This document shows, one piece after another, positions 52,594-64,000 of a DNA stretch of 64,000 nucleotides. The notes beneath the pieces were generated by a model. It was not told where the DNA came from. It worked only from the letters and a program-made list of their open reading frames with translations, and searched no databases. Both the position numbers and the translations under genes were made by a program. The DNA lies in contig CM060733.1 of assembly GCA_030704615.1 (NCBI GenBank), positions 62,000,001 through 62,064,000 of the forward strand. Reading direction: 5' to 3'. Origin of the DNA: Takakia lepidozioides (Eukaryota; Plantae; Bryophyta). Each line of letters starts with the position of its first letter. Position 1 is the stretch's first letter.

Positions 52594-52642
<49 letters not shown>

Positions 52643-55600
52643 ATACTTTTTAAAGCAGCACATATCTGTTTCTTATATTTCTCTTAGGAGAGATTTGATA
52701 GTCTATTCTGGATTATCCTTTCTTATGCCAAAGTGGAATTAGGGTTTTGTGCCCTCCACTATCTGCTACTACTACATACATGGTCTACAAAGACAGAAAG
52801 GAGAATGGTACTTCCGTGCAGGTTCCTAATGAACCAACATGACATTTGATGGTGAACTAATCTCTGATATCTTGTGCTAGGCCCTGTAGCAGCAGCATAC
52901 TGGAGTATAGCTGTACACCTTCTACATGATCAGATCAATGTACACTGCTCTTCTGGCTGGTCTACTGTAGCCGATGCCTTGTGTCAGATTTAACCAACCT
53001 GAAAATGAGAACAAAGTTAGTACCAACCACTTGACTCGTGAATCAAGTCGATGGCACTGCTTACTTCCAGCCACTTGCTCTAAGAAGTCGAATTAGTGAT
53101 AATGTTCTATAAGCTGCTAATATGCGCAATAAGATTGGTCATGCAGACAGTCAACCTTGTGCCCCCTCCATCCGTTAACAGGCGTTTATAGAACATTGTA
53201 CATGTGGCGGGAAACATCCAGCTGTCATACCTTCAATTGGAGTAACTGACATGTTCTCAATTGGAGCAAGTCGGCCATGTCATCACGAACCCAATTGCAA
53301 GTTAGAAGTTCAGAGAGTTACAAGGGCTTAAATTTAAGAAAATAAAATAATTTAAAATAACTTTACAAGGGCTTGACTTGAAAGTACTTATATCACTGAA
53401 TGATTTTTTTTTTTCAAATGGATAACAGTTATCAATTATAAATGTACTACACAAATATATACACACAATAATCACTATAAAATATAAAAGTACCACTTAT
53501 ATACAGGTAGTTGTTTATATAAAAATAAAATCCAAATAATCTAATAATCGAATGGTGTAACCGAGGGTTTTAATTTTTTTCCCTCTAGTAATTCTAAATA
53601 AAGTTTCTCTCAGGGCGCTGTCCCTGTTCATTAAAAAAAAAGGAAAAAAGATCCTAAATAAAATTCTCACTGCCAATCAGGGCTTCTGTCCCCTGTTTTA
53701 TCAAAAATAAAAAATAAAAATAAAGAGAAAAAAATGTTCCCGGGAGGAAAAAAAAGAAAAAAGAAAAAAGAACGAAACTGGAGCCTGTTATGGAGTACCG
53801 CCGCACATGATGGTGACCGCAGTTATTTTTTCCGGGATAAAGAGGAGAACTAGGGCCTCTATCATGGGATCGGCACCGTGCTTGATAAGCTCGTTGACAA
53901 TACCATCAGGTCCACCAGCTTTATATCCATTTAAATGTTCAATTGCTTCCACAATCTCAGAAGAACTAATGGGAGCATTATAAGCCATTGAAATATACTC
54001 CAGTTCATCAGGGCTGTTTTGAATCATAGGAACAGTTTTTCCAACTGTGTCCCTCCATTCAGCAGAAGACCCCTCACTGTTAGACCTAGAAGTTCTGCCA
54101 AGGATACTGTAGTGAGTTTCAAAGGTTTTGACAATGTCAACCGATGAAGTCACCACTGCACCTTTAGTAGTCTTCAGCGCTTGTACTTGCTGACCGTTTT
54201 TCGGTTTGTACAAACGTTGAAGGGCCAACCAGAATTTCTTGTCATTACCACCATGGTGGTTTGAGTTATTTCACTGTATAACTTGTCCCAGTATAATTTC
54301 TTCTGAGACCTAACAAGCTGATTGATATCTTTACGGAGCTCGTAGTACCTCGCCCACAATTCTCTGTTGGCTTCCAAATTGCAGCACTCTTTATAGAGGG
54401 CTCGTCTCTCAGCTATCTTGAGTTTAATCTCATTAGTCCACCAATTAACTGCTCTACCGCAGACAATTAGTTTCCTCCCAATGATCTTGTCAGCCACGGA
54501 GGAAACGAAACTCTCCCAAGAGTCCACTGCTCTTTCGACTTCATTTCTTGCGTTAACAGAGCGTGACTGAAGTTCTTGGAGCGATTGGACAAAATGAGGG
54601 AGAGCCTCTTGCAAGGCCTGGACGTACTCAGCCATGACCTCCTCATTGTGGAATTTTTCTATGCGCCACTTCCGAATCGAACGTTTCACAGATCTCTTGG
54701 TGGTGGGAAAACACCTTTTGATCTCAGTCCAAACCAGGAAGTGGTCAGAGGTACCAATATCAGTTCTGTCGATCAACACATTGGCACACTGGGGGAACAA
54801 AATTTTGTCCATTATGATATAGTCCACAATGGACGTTCCCCAGTTTGGGGTTTCTCACGAGTCCACTGCACTTGGTCACCTCTTGTCCTGTTATTCAAGG
54901 TCAAAAGCTGAAGCTGTTCTAGACAGTTAATTAACCGTCTGCCATTAGAATTCAGCTCGTCCTCACCAAAAGGTCCAATGATATCGTCCTGATGGATCCC
55001 TTTGCCCACCCGGGCATTGAAGTCCCCCAATAGTACCACCTGACCTTTGGCAAGGAACGAAGCACAGTCCAGCTTTACATCTTCGAAGGCCTTGTCTGCG
55101 TCAGCACTAAGGGTCCCCTCTGTGGGCATGTAAACACAACCAACAAAGAGGTCCTTTGTACTCATGCCGCCCTTCAAATTCAGTTTTAGCCAGATACTAT
55201 GCTCGTACCTCAAACCCTTGTTGATAATTTCACAATTGTCAAACAAGAAATCACGGACAAAGAATCCGACCCCTTTTGACCGCGTTTGGCAGAGGCTGCC
55301 TTGAGAGTACACATCTTACCTGCCCATTTATAACCAATGACATCTCCAACCAGTTTATCCGACGTTTCCCATGTTTCTTGCCCAGCACAGATATGAATAT
55401 CATTAGTCCGAAGAACTTGTCCCACTTCAAGTTGTGTCATTTGGTTGGTCAACCCTGAGAAGTTGAAAGTGGCCAGCCGCAAGCCAGCCCTTTGCGTGTG
55501 AATTGTTTGTCGTCTAGGTAGCTTGTGATTGCTCCTGGACGGCAACCGTTCTGCAAAGGGGGGACAGTTACCCCATGTGTAGATTTTGCTCGTCTTGTGT

Positions 55601-58600
55601 AAACTTTGAGAATTGGTAAACCATTCAGGGTACCAAATCTTTCAGTTACACGACGCACAGGCTCCGCACACATAGGGGCAGATTGTCCGTCAGACTGCTT
55701 GGGGACGATTACCCCGTGTATAGATTTTGCTCGTCTTGTGTAGACTTTGAGGATTGGTAAACCATTTAGAGTACCAAATCCTTCAGTTACACGACGTTCA
55801 GGCTCTGCACACTTAGGGACAGATTGTCCATCTGATGGCTTGGGGACAATTACCCCGTGTATAGAATTTGTTCGTCTTGTGTAAACCTTGAGGATTGGTA
55901 AACCATTCAGAGTACCAAATCCTTCAGATTCAGGACGTTCAGGTTCCGTACACTTAGGGGCATCTTGTCCTTCTGGCTGTTTGGATTCAACCTCATCCAG
56001 AGCATCAAACCGATTAGAAAACTCTCAAGTTGAAGTTGTTGCCCTTGGTTGTCTTCCTAGAGCGCCCCATTGAATCACCAATGTCTAAGACCGCTCTCCA
56101 GCCAGTCAAGGGACGAACTTCTTTGAGATTGAATTGATGCGGGACTCTATTAGAAGCACTTTTGGTCATTGCAAACGTACCCCTGTTATCAAGTCTCGAG
56201 ATGGTACCATTAGCCATGAAATCCAAGCCTAAGCTAGAGCATGTAGTTTTAAAGGACACATCATCCATCCTGGGATTCACCCCAAAAACTACACATGAAG
56301 CCCTAGATTTGGCATCAGTAACCAATTCCCAGGGATCACCCTGAGGAGTGTTGATGTTGATAGGAGCTAAATTTTTGATTGTTTTCGCAGGCCATAAGTT
56401 TAAGCACAGGAACCAACCCGAGCCCAAGTGCCGAGTATGCTAGACAGAGCATACGACTGCCCAATTTGGGCGGAGGGGCTGCCCCCAAGCGGTAGGAGTC
56501 CGCAATGATCCCCTTTCGCTGGCGACAGGGGGTCATTGTCAATCTATACAAGAAGGGTGACAGAGAAGAACCGGGGAACTACCGTGGCATCACGCTCCTC
56601 AATGCTGTTGGCAAGACATTCTGCAGAGTTATAAGTACTCGTCTCGAGGTTGATCTGGAGTCCAGAGGTTGTTTCCACGAAGGCCAAGCTGGCTTTCGGC
56701 GAAACAGGGGCTGTGTGGATCATATCTTCACTCTAAGCCAGATTATCCAGGGAAGGAAAAAAGAAGGGAAACCCACTTATGTCTTTTTCCTGGATGTCAA
56801 AAAGGCTTATGACACAGTGTGGAGGGATGGCCTATGGTTCCGCCTCTGGTCTTGTGGGATCAAGGGAAAGATGTGGAGAGTTGTCCACAACTTGTATGCT
56901 CACACCAAAAGCTGTGTCACTTGTTAACGGACAGAAGTCCAACTTCTTTGACATAGACCAAGGTGTAGCTCAAGGATGTACTCTCTCCCCTCTGCTCTTC
57001 AATGTTTTCATCAATCAACTACTCGAGGATGTGGAAAGTGAGGGATTTGGGTTAAGGGTGGGTGATACCACCATACCAGCTCTTATGTTTGCGGATGACT
57101 TCGCAGGCATAGGGGAGACTCCAACCAATCTCCAGGAGTTGATTGATTGCGCGAAGAGATACTTTGATCTTTGGGGCTAGAGGCTAATGTCAGCAAATGT
57201 GCAGTGGTAGCATTCAACGACAGAGGAGAGGGAGGAAGTGATCTTAAGTGGCAGTGGGGTAGCCAAGAGATCTCGGTCCTCCCTTCCTACACTTACCTGG
57301 GCGTTGAGTTCTCCTCCAATTGTAATTGGATGCACATATCCGAAAGTTGTTCAAACTGGCAAGGGCAAAGCTCTGGGCTTCACTAAATTTTTCCACTGCA
57401 GAGGGGTCAACTCTGAGGTTAAGAAAACCATGCTTTGTCGCGTTATTAGACCTGCCTTGGAGTACGGATCTGCTATATGGGTTGATAACTCCAACCAGGC
57501 TAAGTCTCTAGAATCCATTCAAGTGGGGGTGCTTAAGGAGTGTATGTCAGCATGCTCCAAAACAGCCAATGTGGCTGTTCGGGGTGAGTTTGGCATTCCG
57601 TCCTTAAGCTCCCGACGAGATGAATTCAAGGTCAGATGGTGGGGTAGCTGCAACATATGCCCAACACCAGATATCCTAAATTAATCGACTCTATATCTTG
57701 GAAACAGGACCGCCCTGTCAAACAGGCTAAGTCCTGGCAGAAGAGAGTAGAAGAGATCCTCAAGGACCTGGACCTGGATCCGCAAGTCTTGACCCTGCTG
57801 GATAAATCTGACTTAGAGGCTGTAGTGTCCTCAGCCAAGTCTGTTGCCATGAGATTGTCTGATGAAAATGAAGTTAGGCAGAAAACTTCCCTGAACTTGT
57901 TTCCAGTCTGTGACATGGGGAGGACATCTTGGATGACCTCAAGGGTCTACCCACTCTCGGCACTAGACTGAAATTTAAACTCAGGCAGGAAGCCTACCTT
58001 TGAACAGCAAACAGAAGCAGAGAGGAAGGGAGAGTGCAATTGCCCGTTGTGTGGGCAATCTGAAGACAGTATTCATTTTCTGATACACTGTCCGGGGTTC
58101 TCTCACCAAAGAGACGCTCTCTGCAAATCTATTAAGGGAATTGTGCCTGTACCCCTGTTTACCAACTTTGAAAGTCTCGAGGCTGAGCCAAAAGCCCAGG
58201 CCCTCCTGAGGCCTAGTTTTGGGCAAATCACACACAGCAGATTGATGCTTGTGTGAAGGGATTTCTAGAGGATATCTGGAAAAGCCGGATTAATTCTTTA
58301 TATGGAGGTAAGTCTTACTACCAACGTCAGCCCCTGACAGAGGTAGGTTCTGTCCCTTTTGTTCCCGCTCAAACTGGGCGCGGGGTCAATGGCCACAAGG
58401 CTACGGCAAACTACGTCTTATGAGTACAATCTCTGTGGAACTAAATTGATCAATGCATGGTTTCTTAGATGGAAGTTCCACCATCCTTTCCATCAAACCT
58501 GACCTAGTTACCAACTGCCTCCATAAACTGTGAAGTGATTATCGTACCTACCACTGGACTCCTGATAAAGTGTGCCTCTCCTTACTTCAAGCCACTAAAT

Positions 58601-61600
58601 CAGGGAGGTAGGTAGACATTCCTATAAATTAGCCACCTACCAGAGTTAGTGGTAATGTTCTATGGCTGCAGATTTGCACTATATGAACAAGTGAAGAGCT
58701 TTACAGTACTACTGTCACACTCTTGTGACCAAGAGAGGACTTTGATATTTTGGCTGTGTCTTCCGGTGGTATTTGTGGTGGTAACTTCAGATCTGCTCAA
58801 GATGTCACAACCCCTTCCTACACAAACATTTCAGGTGGTGGTGGGCTAACTGAACTACTCCTTTGCCGCCCTTGCATGTTTTCAAGAGAGGTTTTCTGCT
58901 CTAGCATTTGACATGTTACTTACGAGTTTATTTTGGAAAGATATAGCACACAAGAAGGCCTACCATTCACCTTGCACATCCTAAAGAACCCACATCGTAT
59001 GCTTGTGGTGTTTTTTGGGACGGGTGCAGGTGAGGGCCACTCTTCTTCTATGAATTTGTGTTGTAGTGAGCATCCAAGGTTATGATGCCACTACCTAGGA
59101 GAAGAATCCAGGAACGGTAGCCGTGGGTTGCCCTCCTCCAGGGATCTCCAGAAGATATGTTGTCATGTTAAAGTCTTTTGCAAAACTTTATGTATGGTAA
59201 ATTTGCAATGGCTTGCTAGAGATGGCACCTGAAAAACAATGACATTCTACCATCCTCTGTGGCATTGCTAAGATGGGAGGGAAATCTTATCTGAACATAT
59301 ACAGTCCAACACCACCACCCACCCCAATCACCTCTATGGAAAAGTCTTAGTTTTAGAGTGGGATCAAGAAGTAATATGATGATGCCTTCCTTTGAAGGCT
59401 GTTGTTGTCTGTAATCTGATCTTGTCTAATATAGACACATCCTTTCTTGTCAAGACAAGACAAGCCCTATCTCTCTCTCTCTCTCCCTCTCTTTCTCTCT
59501 CTCTCACACACACATTTCCGCTCAAACTGGGCACGGGGTCAATGGCCACAAGGCTACAGCAAACAACGTCTTATGAGTACAATCTCTCACACACACACCC
59601 TATGAGTACATTCTCTCACCCACACACAGGACAACAACATAAATCCAACAAAGGATTATCACCCACCTTTCAGAAGGAGGTGGAGCCCAATAAATGCCAT
59701 CGTAATCAGCAGCAAATTTCCCAGGATCAACCGTAGCCCATTTGATCCAGGCTGGAATACGATCAATCCAAGTTCCATCCCCCTTCTGCATCCGGATCTT
59801 CACTCTGGACCCATGTGGGATGGCCGGATTGCCATTATGATCAGACAGCCGGATAGACCACACACCAAATTCATTTCTCTCCATTTGGTGGGCTGATCCA
59901 CTCCACCCATTGAAGTCACCAATCAACTGTGCAGCCCTGTGACATGGTATCATGCCCCTTACATTCCAACTTCTAATGATAGTCTCAATTTGCCAAGGTG
60001 AACTTACATACAAAATCACTGCCAGGAAAATGCATGTTTCCATTAAAGAACCATAGCCAACAAATTATTTGCCTCCCAGGTTCGGCATCACAATCCCAAT
60101 GAGAGAAATCCTCCAGACTGAAAAAGCAGACCAACAGATGGGCGTTCAGAGGATAAGCCCAAACATGCCTTCCAAAGGGCAATGTGGTATGGATAACACT
60201 ACTCTGTGCAAATTTGTTGCAGAAAGCGTACACCCCTGGAGTACATATTATCTTAACAAAGGTAATTGTGGCCTCAGGTGAATTCCTTCACCAGGTTGAA
60301 GTGGCCAAATGATATCCTTCTATGCCCTCAGCAATTTCCTTCAACAAGAGTATGTGGTAAAACTGTTGTGCGCTCACAAAACAGCAAGGGAAAAGTTCTT
60401 AACTTACTGTGCTGCTGGCATCCACTCCCGATATACTATGTGGTTTCCATCATGAATGAAACCAAATTTCTCGTAACCTGCGACCACATAGATGAAACAT
60501 TGTTTGAATGGAAACATGATAGGGAGCATCAACTTCAAAATTGCAAGACTTGAACCGATCACCAACTAATGATTTCAGAAACAGTAAAAGCAGTAACAAA
60601 GTAGAAGACAAGACATTAGAGATTCAAATGTCGTACAACATTGCCAGTTCCTGCCACACAACTTTGAGTGCTAACCTCGTGAGAAGGCTTCCAGGCCTCC
60701 CTCGTGCTTTTCAATATCCTGCTTCCTTCGAAGAAATTCGTGAAACCGATATTGAAGATGATCTTCATGAGGGATCAGCAATGGGTCCACCTCTATCACT
60801 TTTAACTTCACCGGTCCTTTGTCAATGTCTCTCCATACTACTTGCTTGTTAGTCTTCAAGCTTGCAACACTTACTGCCAGTGATTTGCCTGTCTTGAACA
60901 GAGAGTCCGTAGCCTGCATCCCAAACAGATGACTGTTGAACACTAGACAGCTGAAGTTGGAAATCTTCTTCTTTTTCAAAGCTACAAGAAGTCCACATTA
61001 GAGGGCCTAATTCTACACCTTGGACAACACTGAGCTTTCAAATGGTCTGGAAATCTTCTTCTTTTTTAAAGCTACAAGAAGTCCACATTATACACCTTGG
61101 ACAACACTGAGCTTTCAAATGGTCTGGAAATCTTCTTCTTCTTAGAAGCTATAAGAAGTCCACATTATACACCTTGGACAACACTGAGCTTTCAAATGGT
61201 CACATCGTGGAATTCAGTTGTGAAGGACAAATACTCTGTCAAAATTTGCAGAAGCTTAGAGCAAATAAATGTTCTCTCTCTGCAAGGCCTGATGATAACA
61301 AATGAAGAGTAGAGTCTCGGGATGGGATACACTTGATTGCACAGCCATTGGACAGGTTTGTGTACCATTATGATTTAGATCTATTGAAGTTCCACATATT
61401 TACCATCTGACACCTCCAACCACTTCCCAGAATATGCAATATGCTGTTGTGCCCAAAAGTGGAACACGAAGACAATAATAACGTTCTTCATTTTCCATCA
61501 TAACCAAGCAAGCAAATGCAGAAGGTCTGTGTCAAAACTTGCCATGAAGATTATACCCCATAAAATTCTGTGCCTGCTTGTGGCTATGTCTGAGAGATCT

Positions 61601-62630
61601 CACCATCCCTTTAATTTTTCAACACTCTTCAACCTGAGTTTAGACCCGGCTGGCAACAATTATACTGAGTTTACCACGGTAGCCATTACAGTGGACCATA
61701 GAATCTTTAATTGGTGCTATGCAACCTTCTATGATCAACTTCATAAAGAGATTGCACTGAAAATGTCAACTGGACATCCTGCCACAATAGGCCGCAATTA
61801 TTGCAAAGAGGGTTACATAGGAGGAGAGAAACGGGATAGATCTGTTTCTGCACTTACTTCCCCCATTTCCCACAAGGACTGATTGAGATGACTAGGTTGC
61901 ACCACATGATATATTCTCTGCAAGCTCTTTTGACTGCGTTGGTGAGGATCCGGAGATTTCCTCCTACCCTGCATTGCCACATAGGCAAGGGTCTCAAAGA
62001 GCTTTTCAAATTAAGCACCTGCAGTTGTGTACCAGTGGCGTTACACTGTACCAAAATTTGCAGAGTTAAAACCATGAAAACCTTTCTCCCGTCTCTGCTC
62101 CGTCAAGCCAGGTGCAAGGTCTACAAGTCATACGGCTCCAGCAGTACTGTTACTGAACATCAAGCATTCACATTACAAAATTTCCGTTTCGTACAAACAG
62201 ACACTAAGTTCCCTCTCTCTGTCTCTCTCTCTTTCTCTGTAGCTCTGGATTTAATCCCACTGGTGGTGAAATAATCCAGCTCTGTCTTGCCTATAAATTC
62301 TCCTTCAAATTATTGTCTCGCTGTACCGATCGGAAACGGACGACCTCCTCCAATTAGGTCTCTCATGGATTTTCATGAAAGCGCTCACACAACACCTGAC
62401 ATTCCAATTCCAAACAATAAATTATGCGGTTTAAATCGTGTAAGTGAATCAGAGTGCAACTACGAGTTCAGCCTTGTCGGGAGCTGCATTGCATGCTTAC
62501 AGCGAATTATCAATCACTTATCCCGACAAAATGGCAGGATTGAAAGACAGAACAGAACCTGGAATGACGAAGTCTGGAGTACAGAGGCTGCTGAAACCGA
62601 GAAACCATTGCAACATGAGACAGCGAGCAT
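39765..62630 (-). CDS. SBE1: Starch branching enzyme I (1,4-alpha-glucan branching enzyme, GH13), plastidial
   Basis: Phase-consistent GT-AG exons: 62559-62630 and 61858-61968 (tentative transit peptide), 60676-60913, 60408-60477, 59667-59936, 48783-49689, 48513-48629, 43141-43203, 42192-42299, 41865-41966, 41564-41631, 41184-41265, 40083-40199, 39765-39788 (VYYKVPE*). Catalytic motifs [24 protein letters not shown]; SBEI-type [19 protein letters not shown]. Confidence 0.93.
43252..43399 (-). mobile_element. LINE 3'-end fragment in an SBE1 intron
   Basis: Family tail gaatgtactcataagacg..gccgtagccttgtggcc. Confidence 0.85.
43951..44682 (-). mobile_element. 5'-truncated LINE copy
   Basis: [29 protein letters not shown] plus the family tail. 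Confidence 0.88.
45525..45594 (+). ncRNA. tRNA-derived Pol III unit in the TRIM 5' LTR (not a functional tRNA)
   Basis: A box TAGCTCAGTGG, B box GGTTCAATCC; acceptor GGACGGG/CCCGACC (6 of 7 pairs); degenerate anticodon loop. Confidence 0.75.
45743..45814 (+). ncRNA. tRNA-derived Pol III unit in the TRIM 3' LTR (not a functional tRNA)
   Basis: Cloverleaf: D stem GCTC/GAGC, anticodon stem CCCC/GGGG around ACCGGAATG, T stem CTAGG-TTCAATC-CCTAG, discriminator A. Confidence 0.78.
48438..48465 (+). repeat. Interstitial plant telomeric repeat (TTTAGGG)3 TTGAGGG
   Basis: Read directly; it begins where LINE homology ends. Confidence 0.85.
48783..49689 (-). CDS. SBE1: SBE1 907-nt catalytic exon
   Basis: [60 protein letters not shown], bounded by AG and GT. 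Confidence 0.97.
50546..52640 (+). mobile_element. Young 5'-truncated LINE (RT plus C-terminal CCHC) with (TC)n on both sides
   Basis: ORFs 50618-51274 and 51301-52653 ([30 protein letters not shown]); (TC)18 at 50511-50546 and (TC)21 at 52599-52640. Confidence 0.93.
53836..56503 (-). mobile_element. Inverted 5' part of a LINE (N-terminal/ORF1 region, APE, start of RT)
   Basis: [41 protein letters not shown]; ends at IEALVLLF. Confidence 0.88.
55560..55980. repeat. 141-bp (47-codon) tandem triplication within the LINE
   Basis: ggggacRRttacccc recurs with exact 141-bp spacing (anchor base 55564, 55705, 55846); one unit only in the copy at ~48255-48390. Confidence 0.9.
56504..58434 (+). mobile_element. 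Forward 3' part of a LINE (RT to tail)
   Basis: Starts at MIPFRWRQG; near-identical to ~50666-52602; ends gagtacaatctct. Confidence 0.92.
59515..59627 (+). mobile_element. Tiny LINE 3' end in a (TC)n(AC)n tract, with a duplicated tail
   Basis: ccgctcaaactggg..cttatgagtacaatctct; TSD-like tctctcacacacaca on both sides; second tatgagtacattctctcac from 59601. Confidence 0.8.
60958..61202. repeat. Intronic tandem repeat, ~77-90-bp unit x3
   Basis: tggaaatcttcttct..aagctaYaagaagtccacatta..tacaccttggacaacactgagctttcaaatggtc at 60958, 61048 and 61125. Confidence 0.88.
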
Positions 62631-63559
62631 TTTGCTGTGCATCAGGCCGCCCTCTCTACGCCCCGTGGCTCTTCTCGCATATGTTTCCCGACATCGACTC
62701 TACTCTCCTCCCCAATGCTTTTTTTCCTTCCTGACTATCGACGGTCACGATCCTGCCACTCTCATACCTGCCCGTCAGATTTTGTGTTGTTCCCCATGCT
62801 CCCATGTTCTCAAAGCACTGGACCGGCGTTCCTTCGCTCAAAAGATTATTAAAAATTAAAAGATAGAAGGATGCCAGACCACTTCTAGACTTAAGTTGAA
62901 GAACGAGTGGCATATAGCAATAAAAGATTTAATAGTTTATTTTTATATTTTAATCATTTTTTTAGTTATTTTTAGTATTCATCTTTTTAGTCATAACCTA
63001 AACTGCCCCCAGCCAGCCAGCCCCTGAGCTCAACACCTACTCATTCCCAAGCCAAGCGGAAGTGCACTCGCTTCCATCGCTGGCTACTCTCAGTAACTAA
63101 TAGTTGCAGACAACTCATCGGCGAACTATGTCTCTGCCAAGGAATATGCAATTCAGCTCGAGAGGCCAGAGCTCAGCTCGAAGCATGGGATACCGAACAG
63201 GGCCCACCAGTCCTCACTCCTGGCCAAGGACCCGCCCAACTTCCGGTACAAGATACTTTCTTGCACACCAAACTCAATCCATGGGGGGGATAGGAGAGAG
63301 AAGGGGGCAGTTGAATACAAGCTCAGAGACCACGAATCCTCATCCGCCCACATTTGCACACTCGATGCAGGGCCCACCACCACCTCCAACTCATGCCCTT
63401 CAGCTTGCACTGGAATCTCAGCCGATGTTCACACCTGTAAGACAACAGATGGAGGCAACTCAGATTCAAAATCAGATGGAAGGCGACCTGGTGGGGGAAG
63501 ACCTCATTACCACGCAGGAAGGCCTCAGTGGGGACCACCAGATTATACTGGTGGACATG

Positions 63560-64000
63560 CCAGACCTCAAAAGCAGGGTATCATGCATGGAAGACAGCGG
63601 AATCCTCGTCCACTTCCCTGGTAAGAAAGTGGGTAGATCATTTGTGAGGGACTGGGCAATCAAGCACTTGGGAGGGGGGGGTGAGCTCTTGCATCATTTC
63701 TGCCACGCCAAAGGCAGAGGCTTCTTTTCCATGCAATTTGAGACTCGAGAGGCAGCGGCAAAAGCCCTCCAGATCAACCCACACTTGCTGGGGTTTAACA
63801 TAAATATCTTTCCATGGTTAGCAAAGTGGGGACACAAAAACGGTAAGTTGTGGGGTCCAAGAATAGTATCACTTCCGTATATTCCAGACCAGTATCTTCT
63901 CAACATCCCTGACATTGCCAACCACTTTGGATCCTTTCTGGGTTGCCTGGGAGTGTTTGATCCACTCATGAACACTGACAGCATTAGAAAATACCCGGCA
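63560..64000 (+). mobile_element. L1-type LINE ORF1 (DUF4283-like), running off the right edge
   Basis: KGRGFFSMQFETREAAAKALQINPHLLGFNINIFPW..VSLPYIPDQY..IANHFG resembles the plant L1 ORF1 RRM-like domain. Confidence 0.6.

Noticed and set aside
53130-53835. AT-rich segment between LINEs as a Helitron or DNA transposon
   Set aside because: No diagnostic termini or coding motifs seen; left unclassified.
62287-62859. 190-aa plus-strand ORF
   Set aside because: No recognisable motif; antisense to the probable SBE1 first exon and promoter.

Overview
Eukaryotic nuclear DNA from a green plant; the transposon content suggests a seed-free lineage such as a bryophyte, but that is inference. There are two host genes: a CREST-superfamily membrane hydrolase-like gene (+, ~3.7-7.1 kb) and starch branching enzyme I (SBE1, -, 39765-~62630, 11 well-supported and 2 tentative exons) whose introns are swollen by one APE-RT LINE family. 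The rest is nested transposon debris: a MULE-like transposase, a truncated Ty1/copia, a hAT with a CACTA-like insert inside long inverted repeats, a Tourist-like MITE and an L1 ORF1. The main finding is two decayed copies of a Ty3/gypsy retrotransposon whose polyprotein has a C5-cytosine DNA methyltransferase between protease and RT; the longer copy also has a PHD finger after integrase. The second is a complete 362-bp TRIM whose LTRs each contain a tRNA-like gene. Also seen: telomeric repeats at a LINE 5' junction, a twin-priming inversion, (TC)n-associated LINE insertions and an orphan chromodomain. All calls come from reading motifs by eye. Dense single-base deletions at ~27.7-30.7 kb may partly be long-read consensus errors.
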